Assembly (NCBI GenBank): GCA_964410105.1
Contig: CAYPFY010000002.1
Span: 6,557 to 70,556 of the forward strand
DNA: 64,000 bases
From: an uncultured Chlorobiaceae bacterium
GTDB lineage: Bacteria; Bacteroidota; Ignavibacteria; UBA10030; SZUA-254
Direction: 5' to 3'
Positions 18,029-26,836 of this stretch are shown piece after piece; positions within the stretch are counted from its first letter, which is position 1; every line of letters starts with the position of its first letter. The notes beneath the pieces were generated by a model. The model was not told the DNA's origin, made no database searches, and saw only the letters and a list, made by a program, of their open reading frames with translations. A program made the translations under genes and the position numbers.

Positions 18029-20093
18029 TTATTTTGCAAGAACCATACACTTGATTTCAGTGACAGAGCCGGCCGAGAAGCGGCTGAAATACACGCCGCT
18101 CGGAAAATTCCGTGCATCCCATGAAACCTCGTAGGTACCGGGATGAAACTCACCGCTGGCGAGCGTCGCCACCTCGCGCCCGAGCACATCATAAACCTTC
18201 AGACTAACAAAGGCCGATTTTGCCACCGAATATTTCAGGCGGGTTGACGGATTGAATGGATTCGGATAGTTCTCGCTCAGACTGAATCCGGCCGGGGCGG
18301 CATCCGTCACCTCCCGGACAGCAGTTAACTCAGAGAGAGGGCGTCGCCAGGCGCCGTTCCCCGAGGTCCCCGCAAACAGATAACCCGAATGAACCTGGAG
18401 GGAGAGAACCGTCAGATTCAGCAGCCCCTCATTCATATGTGTCCAACTATCCCCGTTATCGGTCGACACAAACACACCGCCGTTTGATCCGGCAATCAAT
18501 GCCGAACCCGAGAGAATCATCGCATGAACGTGAAGTTCGCTCAGGCCGTTATTGACAGCAGTCCAGCTCCCTCCGCCGATCGGCGAACGAAAGACGCCAA
18601 AGAAGGGGGACGACGCGAACAGATAGGAGGCGTTCTCGACGATCGCAGACACGCTTGACGTATATCCTGTATTTCTGGCTGACCAGGAACTTCCCGATGC
18701 AGAGACAAAAACACCGCCGCTCGTCCCGGCGTACACATTCGTCCCGTCGGAGAGAAGCGAGGTAACGGATGTACTCGTCAGGCCCGAGGCAGAAGAGGTC
18801 CAGTTCCCGCCGTCATTCGTCGAGCGGTACACCCCGCTCGAACTTCTCGCTGCAAGCAAATCCGTCCCCGCTGTGGCGAAAGCCCTCACGCTTCCGGAAG
18901 TCGGCATCCCCGTACCCGAATAATTCCAGGTAGTGCCGTTATTCGTCGAGCTATGAACGTTTCCTGTAGAAGACCCCTCCCCGTCGAAAATCACAGACCC
19001 TTTGAAATAAAGGGCAAATACGGCCGTACCGAAATCATGCAGCCGGGTCCAGGTCGTCCCGTTGTCGGAGCTAGAGAGAACCCCGCTATCGGAGGTTCCC
19101 GAAAAAATATTCGTCCCGTCGGAGGCAAAGGAATAAACCAGAGAATTGATATAACCGGTATTCGCCTCCGTCCAGTTTCCCCCGGAGTCTGTCGATCGAT
19201 AGATCCCTCCCCTCTCACCGTTATTCCCCATCCCGACGAAAAGTGTTGAACCCAGCGCGCAGAGCGACCGTGTATTATTCGTCGGTGGAATCCCCGTATT
19301 CGCGCTGATCCACGTAAGTCCAGCGTCAGTCGAGCGGCTGATCCCGGCCAGGCCGCACTTAAACACATCGGAACCCAGGACAGCGAGGCCGAGAGTAATC
19401 TCAAGCTGGCCTCCGGACCAGGAATCGCCGTCATCCGTCGAGACAAAAACACCATTGCCCCCGGTGCCGGCGAGGATAGACCCATTGATCACCGCCATAG
19501 TATTGACGCTCAGATTCGTGAGCCCGACATTCGCTTCCGTCCAGGTTGCACCGTTATCGGTCGACCGGAACACGCCGGAGGTCGTTCCGGCGAAGATTTT
19601 GCCGCCTGATTCAACAAATGAAGTGACCGAGAAGCTGCTCGGAAGGCCGACCGTATCTACCTCCCACGAGACCCCTTCGTTGGTCGACTTGAAAACCCCG
19701 ACACCATTATGACCTCCTGCAAAGACAGAGCCGCCGGAGGAGAGCAGCGCGATAATCTCCATATTGACCAGTCCCGAATTGGCCTGAAACCAGGTAGATC
19801 CCGCGTCTGTCGATTTATAGATTCCGCCGGTTGTGCCGGCATAGAGCACCGACCCATGGAGGCCGAGGGCACGAACTTCCACGCTCAGCTGGATCCCCGT
19901 ACTTGAGGGTTCCCAGTGGGCACCGTTATCGGTTGATCTGAACACGCCGCCCAGAAACGACCCCGCAAAAATCGTATCTCCCTTGACAACAAAGCATTCC
20001 GGGTAACCGCCGGCGGGGCCGCTCGTTTGGCGCCACTGGCTAGGGAGGTTAAGAGGTTGGATCAACAAAATGGCAAGAGCAAGAATTCTCATG
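18029..20093 (-). CDS. BNR/Asp-box repeat beta-propeller protein with T9SS type-A CTD (paralog of 15857-18013)
   Basis: Start MRILALAILLIQPLNLPSQ at 20093. Repeated STD[NA]G.[ST]W blades. C-terminal SENYPNPFNPSTRLKYSV...LKVYDVLGREV...GTYEVSWD...SGVYFSRFSAG. Confidence 0.8.
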
Positions 20094-20668
20094 CATACTC
20101 CGATCTTGATTGGCAAAACTCATGGTGAACAACCGGAAGACCCTCTCAGAATTGGGGCACCGGACCATGTATGATTCTATCAATCTTCATGCCATGGAAC
20201 GACTTCGCAAAATCTTGAGGGAAGCTCAAATCAGGACGGAAATCGGGCCTGGGTGTCGGCAATCAGCGACAAACCAGCGCGAAGGTTTGTCGGTTCGCGA
20301 CGACAGCAAAAACGAACCAATTCGTAGGTGGAGAGACCGGCAGGGAAATACGGAAGGAGAGAACACCCGTGAACAGTAGCCTTATCGAGGGCCGGGGGGA
20401 ACAACCCAAAAGTCTTCATAACTTTTCCCGTCATAGTAGAATACGTGCGGAGATTGTCGATGCACCATCTCTGATGGCACATGGAAAAACCTCCTCTCCG
20501 ACCACAATCAGAGGCTTATCAAAGAGCAATTGCTAACCCGGAGCACGCTCGATTCTCCCCGGGACTCTCATCAATTGCAAGTCGGGGCTGAGATTTGTAC
20601 ATTGAGAAGCTTTTTTCCCCGGTTGATAAGCCGCTGGAACCCCTAAAAACCTCAAGGAGTACCCCCTA

Positions 20669-21793
20669 ATGAGAACATCCGCATCATGCGCACTATTATA
20701 CATCGCCGCGTCGCTGACGCTCGTCGCGCCCCGATCCATCCACGCCCAACCATCAGCGAGTCCGGGCGGAGAGAAAACCGCCGAACAGGTGAAAAAAAAC
20801 ATACAGGTCTTGAAGGGACTCCCCGCGTCTCAATTCAGTGCGGTCATGGACTTTGTTGCGTCATCCCTCGGAGTACGGTGCAGCCACTGCCATGTCCAGG
20901 ACTCCACCGGCTGGCAATATGACAGCGACGATAAGCAATCGAAGCGGACGGCCCGGAAAATGATGCAGATGGTTATGGACATCAACGCGAAAACATTTGC
21001 CGGAAGTCCGGACGTTAACTGCTACACATGCCATCGGGGATCGACCGAGCCGATAAAAATGATCCCTATCCCTCAGCCTCCCGTCATCGGTGGGCGCGAA
21101 CAGGCCCCGCCGGTCGCAGAACTTCCGCCGGCCGACAAAATTCTGGCGATGGTTGAAAGCGCCCTGGGCGGCGCGGATGCTCTCACAAAAGTAACATCGC
21201 GAATATCGAAGGGTATAACAGTCGACGGCCAGGGGAGGGAGCAGGAGATAGAGATAACTCAGCAAGTTCCTGACAAATACCTGATGGAGGTCTCGATGAA
21301 AGACCGCGGATCATTTATCCGCTGTCTCAATGGAACAAGCGGTTGGATGAGCGGACCGAGGGGTTCCCGTGAGCTTCCCCCGGGGGAAGTGGAGATGCTC
21401 AAAGAAGAGGCTCAACTTTTCCCCCTTGCGCGGATACGCCAGCTGGCATCGACCTTGCACGTAAAGGAGAAAATCACGCTGAATGGCGCCGCATGTTACG
21501 TCCTCGAATCGCCCGCAGGGACGCACGATGTTCAACGATACTATATTGACAGTGCGAACGGGCTCCTGCTGAGGAGCATGACCATAAGCCAGACCATGCT
21601 CGGTGACATCCCGGAGCAGACCGAGTATTCCGACTACCGGCCTGTCGGGCCGGTGAAAGTGCCCTTCATGGTCAAATCCGCCACGGTCGATCCCCGCGAC
21701 ACTGCAACACGCAAATTCACATCGGTTGAACAAAACGTCCCGATCGATGAGAAGAAATTCCAGATGCCGAAAAAGCAGTCGGGCGGGAAGTAA
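20669..21793 (+). CDS. c-type cytochrome (photosynthetic-reaction-centre cytochrome c subunit-like, 2 CxxCH) fused to a LolA/RseB-like C-terminal domain
   Basis: Signal peptide. VLKGLPASQFSAVMDFVASSLGVRCSHCH and CYTCH heme-binding motifs with Met-rich ligand segments, PF02276-like. Residues 150-374 resemble the lipoprotein-carrier (LolA-like) beta-barrel fold; this rests on pattern recognition only. Confidence 0.6.
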   Translation: MRTSASCALLYIAASLTLVAPRSIHAQPSASPGGEKTAEQVKKNIQVLKGLPASQFSAVMDFVASSLGVRCSHCHVQDSTGWQYDSDDKQSKRTARKMMQMVMDINAKTFAGSPDVNCYTCHRGSTEPIKMIPIPQPPVIGGREQAPPVAELPPADKILAMVESALGGADALTKVTSRISKGITVDGQGREQEIEITQQVPDKYLMEVSMKDRGSFIRCLNGTSGWMSGPRGSRELPPGEVEMLKEEAQLFPLARIRQLASTLHVKEKITLNGAACYVLESPAGTHDVQRYYIDSANGLLLRSMTISQTMLGDIPEQTEYSDYRPVGPVKVPFMVKSATVDPRDTATRKFTSVEQNVPIDEKKFQMPKKQSGGK

Positions 21794-21899
21794 TCCCCTG
21801 GAGAGCCGACAAAACCCGTGGGAAGAAAGAGGAATATAACCTCGTTGCGGACAGACCCCAGGCCCTCGGAAACAGAACCTCCGGATTGACTGGCGATCG

Positions 21900-22511
21900 A
21901 TGAAAGATTCGATGGGCGAAAAGGAGACGATTCGCCTCGAGGCATTCAGCGACGGCGTCTTCGCGATCGCGATGACCCTCCTCGTCCTTGACCTCAAAGT
22001 CCCGGCCCGGTGGAGCGAGGATCTCAATGCCCACCTTCTGAACCAATGGCCCTCCTTCGTTGCCTACCTCAACAGCTTCATCACCATCCTCATCATCTGG
22101 ATCAATCATCACAACCTCTTCACCCACATCAAAAGGACGAACAACCTCTTCATGATGCTGAACGGGTTGCTCCTCCTTACCGTCACCTTCCTTCCCTTTC
22201 CGACTGCGCTCACCTCGGAATACTACGGTCATCCGGGCGAAGTCGCCGCGACGGCCCTCTATACGGGAACGTTCGTCATCATGGCGATCGCGTTCAACTT
22301 ATTGTGGCGATATGCGGCCGGGGAGCACAGGCTCCTGGGGAGGGAAGTCACGCAAGCCCAGGTGGAAAGCATCAACCGGCAGTACATGGTTGGGCCCTTA
22401 TTTTACGGCCTCTCATTCATCCTCGTCTTCATAAGCGTGCCGGCAAGTCTGCTCCTTACGATACTCCTCGCCCTTTTTTATGCGATAACAGGCTCCCTGA
22501 GCCGGTCTTAA
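21900..22511 (+). CDS. TMEM175/DUF1211-family membrane protein (putative K+ channel)
   Basis: Hallmark RLEAFSDGVFAIAMTLLVLDL motif. About 6 predicted TM helices over 203 aa. Confidence 0.8.
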   Translation: MKDSMGEKETIRLEAFSDGVFAIAMTLLVLDLKVPARWSEDLNAHLLNQWPSFVAYLNSFITILIIWINHHNLFTHIKRTNNLFMMLNGLLLLTVTFLPFPTALTSEYYGHPGEVAATALYTGTFVIMAIAFNLLWRYAAGEHRLLGREVTQAQVESINRQYMVGPLFYGLSFILVFISVPASLLLTILLALFYAITGSLSRS

Positions 22512-22520
22512 CATCGCAAT

Positions 22521-24575
22521 TTGACTTCTGCGACTCCATCCCTTATCTTTGGGGTCAAGAATTTCAGAAGGGCGACGCGGATGAACATTGAAACAGAGAC
22601 AACGGTCGAAAGGGAGACAGAAAGCACGGCACTCTCAGCCGGCGTGCGCGAGCTCAGGATCACCCTCATCCGGGCGACCAACTACACTGACGACGGATAT
22701 CCGATCCGGGCAAGAGTCGGCGTCATCAGAAGCAACACCCTCACCCAGATGGCGACGCTCGTGCGGGACCTCGCCAACCATCCCTATTTCAAGAACACCC
22801 CGCTCAGAGTCAGGCTTATTGACGAAGCGATACAGCGCGTGCCGGAGAAGGAGATACTTCGCGGCTCACGCGAGCCGGGGGTGAGGGAGATAGTCATGAT
22901 CGTGGGGGTACAATCGAACCAGTATCCCCGGGCGCTAGACATCGCGCACAAATTCATTCAGAACCATATACCGGTATTGATCGGGGGATTTCACGTCAGC
23001 GGCATGATGGCGATGGTAGGGCTCACCTCCGACCTGAGAGAGGCGCTGTCGCGGGGAATCATCCTTGTCGCGGGAGAAGTTGAGGGAGGGAGGCTGGGAA
23101 CAGTTGTTGAAGACGTCGTCCGGGGCCGTGCTGAGCCGTTCTACAATTTCCTCTCCCCTACGACCGATCTCGGGAACATTCCGATCCCGCGGCTCACCCG
23201 CTCGGACGTGAAAAGTTTCGCATCCCCCTTCAGCACCATAGACACCGGGCGGGGGTGCGTCTTCACATGTGATTTCTGCACCATCATCAATGTCCAGGGG
23301 CGCACCATGCGGTGCCGGGATCCCAGACAAGTCGTGGAATTCGTCAGGGAATCATACAGGGAAGCCGGGGTCGCGCACTGCTTCTTCACTGACGACAATC
23401 TTGCCCGCAATCCGCGCTGGCGCGAGCTCTTCGCGGGGCTCATCTCGCTGCGCGAGGAAGAGAAAATCCCCTTCACATTCATGATGCAGAGCGATCTGGC
23501 GGCACGGAAGCTCCCGGGCGGGGATTTTTTCACATTGGCGGCGAGGGCAGGCTGCAACCAGGTATTTTTTGGCGTGGAGAGCGTCAACAAACAAAACCTC
23601 CGTTCCCAGGAGAAATTCCAGAACCAGGTATCGGAATACCAGGACCTCATGTCTCACTGCCACTCCCTCGGACTGGCATGTCATGCGGGCTATATCCTGG
23701 GACTCCCCTTCGACACACGCGAGACCATCAGGGAGGACATTGGAGAACTTCAGCGTTTCGGCTTCGATTCCGCGTCCTTTTACATATTGACCCCCTTGCC
23801 CGGCTCGAAGGATCACCAGAAATGGTGGAAAGAGCGGCGGTGGATGGACAAGGATTTTAACACCTATGATTCAGCGCACGTTTCGGTGAAACCCGAGAGA
23901 ATGACGCGGGAAGAACTCATGGAGGCATACAGGGGAGCGTGGGAGCAATTCTATTCCACCGACTACATGGTCAGCGTTCTCAAGAGATGGCGGCACAACT
24001 GGCGGTATTACTGGGACAGACTATTCTTCTTCGCCTGGTATCTCTCCGCATCTCGAATAGAAAGGCTGCATCCCATGAACTGCGGATTCTGGACAGTGCG
24101 GCGGCGGAACGAGCGGAGAAGCGGGTACGCTCGTGAAGCATTCTTACCCTTCTGGTGGGGCCGGCTCAGATCTGTCGCCACCAGGATGCGGGGAACAACG
24201 AAACTATTCTTCCAGCTCGAAGAAGTATGGCTGAGAAGCAGGCCGAAGAGTCAATGGGAGGAAAGACTCCAGGAGCTCATCGTAAAAACCACGCGCGACA
24301 TCATTGACTGGAGGGATCTGAAGGCAAAAGACCTTGTCGCTTTTTACGAAAAACTCCACGTCGAGATGCCGGAGATAAAAGTCCCCTCAATTCTCACGGC
24401 GTGGATAAGGAAACAAAACCCGTTTGCCAAGGCCTACACGAGGGCCCGTGCGACACGGATCTGGCAGAAATGGTATCTTCACATCTGGAATCCGTGGAAA
24501 TGGATTGACGTGTGGGTCTTTGAGTTCTTCCACGGACTGAGGTTCCTGGTTTACATGCTTGCCCTGGGGCGGTAG
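22521..24575 (+). CDS. B12-binding domain radical SAM protein with W/R-rich C-terminal extension (DUF4070-like)
   Basis: B12-binding region IPVLIGGFHVSGMMAM. Radical SAM cluster motif GRGCVFTCDFC. About 250-aa C-terminal tail rich in W/R/Y. The start could instead be the ATG at 22581. Confidence 0.8.
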   Translation: MTSATPSLIFGVKNFRRATRMNIETETTVERETESTALSAGVRELRITLIRATNYTDDGYPIRARVGVIRSNTLTQMATLVRDLANHPYFKNTPLRVRLIDEAIQRVPEKEILRGSREPGVREIVMIVGVQSNQYPRALDIAHKFIQNHIPVLIGGFHVSGMMAMVGLTSDLREALSRGIILVAGEVEGGRLGTVVEDVVRGRAEPFYNFLSPTTDLGNIPIPRLTRSDVKSFASPFSTIDTGRGCVFTCDFCTIINVQGRTMRCRDPRQVVEFVRESYREAGVAHCFFTDDNLARNPRWRELFAGLISLREEEKIPFTFMMQSDLAARKLPGGDFFTLAARAGCNQVFFGVESVNKQNLRSQEKFQNQVSEYQDLMSHCHSLGLACHAGYILGLPFDTRETIREDIGELQRFGFDSASFYILTPLPGSKDHQKWWKERRWMDKDFNTYDSAHVSVKPERMTREELMEAYRGAWEQFYSTDYMVSVLKRWRHNWRYYWDRLFFFAWYLSASRIERLHPMNCGFWTVRRRNERRSGYAREAFLPFWWGRLRSVATRMRGTTKLFFQLEEVWLRSRPKSQWEERLQELIVKTTRDIIDWRDLKAKDLVAFYEKLHVEMPEIKVPSILTAWIRKQNPFAKAYTRARATRIWQKWYLHIWNPWKWIDVWVFEFFHGLRFLVYMLALGR

Positions 24576-24667
24576 CGGCGGGAAGGCCTGCCTGGAAGCT
24601 CTACCTTGCTCAGCGAATCCCGCTGGGTTCGACCCTGCTCCCTTATCTCCCGCAGATCCAGGAAATG

Positions 24668-25564
24668 CTACATCAGTCCCGCTGTACAGAGGAGTTTTTT
24701 CATCCTCTCGCGGAACTCCTCAGGCAAGGGAAGAAGCGGGCTCCGCACATGAGCACCCTCATAACCGAGCAAAGACGCGGCACACTTCAGACCGGGCACG
24801 CCGTAAATCGACGTCACCGCAGCGTTAACAGGGACCAGCTTCAGATAGAGATCTCTGGCCTCATCCAGTTTCCCGGCTAGGACCAGTTTCTGAACGCGGG
24901 CGCACGCATTTCCCGCAAAATTGGCAAGAGCGAGAATCCCGGCCCTCACACCGAGAAGCAGAGCGGGATACCAGGCCGATGCCGTTCCCACGATAAGATT
25001 AAACTTTTTGGGAACACTCCCGGCAAGAGTCGCCAGCCGGGGAACATCTCCCGAAGAATCCTTCATCCCGATGATATTCGGATGATCGCTCAATCTGACG
25101 ACCGCCTCCACGGGGATCATCAGATGGGTATAGGCCGGGACATTGTAGATAAGTACCGGAATGTGCGCCCCGTCTGCGACCTTTCGGAAATGGTTAACAA
25201 GGGCATCATCCTTCATCTGTCCGGAGTAAAAAGATGGGGTCAGAACGAGGGCAGCCTGAGCGCCCTTCTCGGCGGCGAGATTTGTCAGCCGGACAGTTTC
25301 TCGGGTGGATTCAAGACCTGTCCCGGCGAGCACAAGCCTTCCTGGAGCGGCCCGCTCCGCTGTAACCTCGATCAGCCGCAGCTTTTCCGTTTCATTCAGG
25401 TAGGGAGTCTCACTATTTGATCCGAGGACGAGGTAACCTGCGAGCTCATCCTTATTCCAGCGGTCAAGATTGCGGACATGGGCATCGTAGTCCGGGTCGC
25501 CTGACAATGTGAACGGAGTCATCATGGGAGGAAAGACGCCGTTGAAGTCGGGAATTTTCACCAC
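24668..25564 (-). CDS. DapA/NanA-family class I aldolase (4-hydroxy-tetrahydrodipicolinate synthase-like)
   Basis: 298 aa. TIM-barrel class I aldolase pattern with Schiff-base Lys in NIIGMKDSSGD. N-terminal LGSNSE instead of the canonical GTTGE, so exact specificity (DapA, NanA or KDG aldolase) is uncertain. Confidence 0.75.
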   Translation of the reverse strand: MVKIPDFNGVFPPMMTPFTLSGDPDYDAHVRNLDRWNKDELAGYLVLGSNSETPYLNETEKLRLIEVTAERAAPGRLVLAGTGLESTRETVRLTNLAAEKGAQAALVLTPSFYSGQMKDDALVNHFRKVADGAHIPVLIYNVPAYTHLMIPVEAVVRLSDHPNIIGMKDSSGDVPRLATLAGSVPKKFNLIVGTASAWYPALLLGVRAGILALANFAGNACARVQKLVLAGKLDEARDLYLKLVPVNAAVTSIYGVPGLKCAASLLGYEGAHVRSPLLPLPEEFRERMKKLLCTAGLM

Positions 25565-25591
25565 GGAAGATACAACAAACGACGTGTAAAT

Positions 25592-26617
25592 TCAATCATT
25601 CTTGCCTGTGCCATGGGTCCTTACCTTGATCTGACCCTTCTCGATTATCAACGTATTGTTTCGACCATCATCAAGCGGGGCAATAAAACTGCCAGCTGCC
25701 GAATCGATGATGGCGGCTCTGTCGACATCGAAGATATAACTTTGTTCCATTTCGTCATCCCAGAAAACCAGCTGATTTCCCCTGAACCAGCGGACTGACG
25801 TCTCGTCGTAAGTCCGATGAGGCGAATGGATCGCCATATATTTCTTCACGGTCGATTCAAATGCAGGGGTAATCTCTTCGTTTGTTGCCCGGACGTATAG
25901 GCGAAAAGGCGACTCAGGCTTGAGGGAGATATAGTAATGACCGTCATCAGAAAAGTGAAGATCCTTGTATGGGGTCAACCCGATCTTGCCGTCTGCAGAG
26001 TTGTACCGATAGACTTGCGTTGGATTAGAGAAATAAATATTGCCATCAAAAGCCGCCCAATGTAATTCATAACCGACATCTGAAATCTTCTGTTTTTCTC
26101 CGGTTTTAATATCCAGAATCCACGTAGCAGTAATCCTTGGATACGTTGCCATCTCCCCACTTTCGCCAGGCGTGAGAAATGCAATCCTGTCTTCCATGGG
26201 AGACCATTGATAGCTTGCAGGCTTTATTTCGAATGACTTGTAATCCTCTCCACTCATTCTCAGAATGAAAAGCTTCAGGTTCCTGTTCATGCGGCCGTTT
26301 TCGAAAAGCTTTGTATCGGCGCGATCAGTTCCGAAGAAAGAGACGTAACTCCCCCTTGGAGACACCTTTGAACTAACACCCCGATATTTCTCGCTGAATT
26401 TCTTCAGAGATCTTGAGGTCCTATCAAAATAGTAGATGTATTCGCTTTCGGCTAACCCTCCCATCCCATTTCTCTTTAATCGGATGTCATATCCATCCAT
26501 GATGATCCTTGGAGAATCTTTTCCCTGAGCAGGTGATTGCACGATCGCAATGGAAAGGAGAATCGGTATACAGAGGTACATTGATGCGGTCAGTAGGAGC
26601 TGTTTGCCGATTTCCAT
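25592..26617 (-). CDS. hypothetical secreted protein (low-GC gene)
   Basis: 341 aa. Cleavable signal peptide. No recognisable catalytic motif. GC about 43-47% versus about 62% in the neighbours. Confidence 0.55.
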   Translation of the reverse strand: MEIGKQLLLTASMYLCIPILLSIAIVQSPAQGKDSPRIIMDGYDIRLKRNGMGGLAESEYIYYFDRTSRSLKKFSEKYRGVSSKVSPRGSYVSFFGTDRADTKLFENGRMNRNLKLFILRMSGEDYKSFEIKPASYQWSPMEDRIAFLTPGESGEMATYPRITATWILDIKTGEKQKISDVGYELHWAAFDGNIYFSNPTQVYRYNSADGKIGLTPYKDLHFSDDGHYYISLKPESPFRLYVRATNEEITPAFESTVKKYMAIHSPHRTYDETSVRWFRGNQLVFWDDEMEQSYIFDVDRAAIIDSAAGSFIAPLDDGRNNTLIIEKGQIKVRTHGTGKND

Positions 26618-26688
26618 ATCTCCGAACTATCGGTACAATTGGGATTGGGAAGATTTGCTCGCATGGAAATCGAACAGACTAGCGGCTT

Positions 26689-26713
26689 AAAAAAACCCTC
26701 TCGTTTGAGAGGG
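26689..26713 (-). terminator. rho-independent terminator downstream of the tricorn protease gene
   Basis: Minus-strand hairpin CCCTCTC-aaac-GAGAGGG (plus coordinates 26696-26713) followed on the minus strand by U7 (plus-strand A7 at 26689-26695). It lies 124 nt past the tricorn stop. Confidence 0.65.
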
Positions 26714-26836
26714 TGCGCCCTTACAATAAATTCCATCAGAGCATTATCAGGTTGATCAAAAGAAATAATCTAAGAAGAGGAGGCGCGAGCGGGGTCCGCA
26801 AAAACCTGATGCGGACCCCGTCTCGCAAGAAGAGTA

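Noticed and set aside
20430-20460. Imperfect inverted repeat TGCACCATC-tct-GATGGCACA in the divergent promoter region upstream of the cytochrome gene
   Set aside because: The arms do not pair (GATGGTGCA would be required), so it is not a real palindrome.
24615-24660. tRNA-like T-loop motif CTGGGTTCGACCCTGCT in the spacer between the radical-SAM and aldolase genes
   Set aside because: No complementary acceptor stem, D-arm or anticodon arm could be built around it; the T-stem has a mismatch. Most likely a coincidental GGTTCGA.. or small hairpin.
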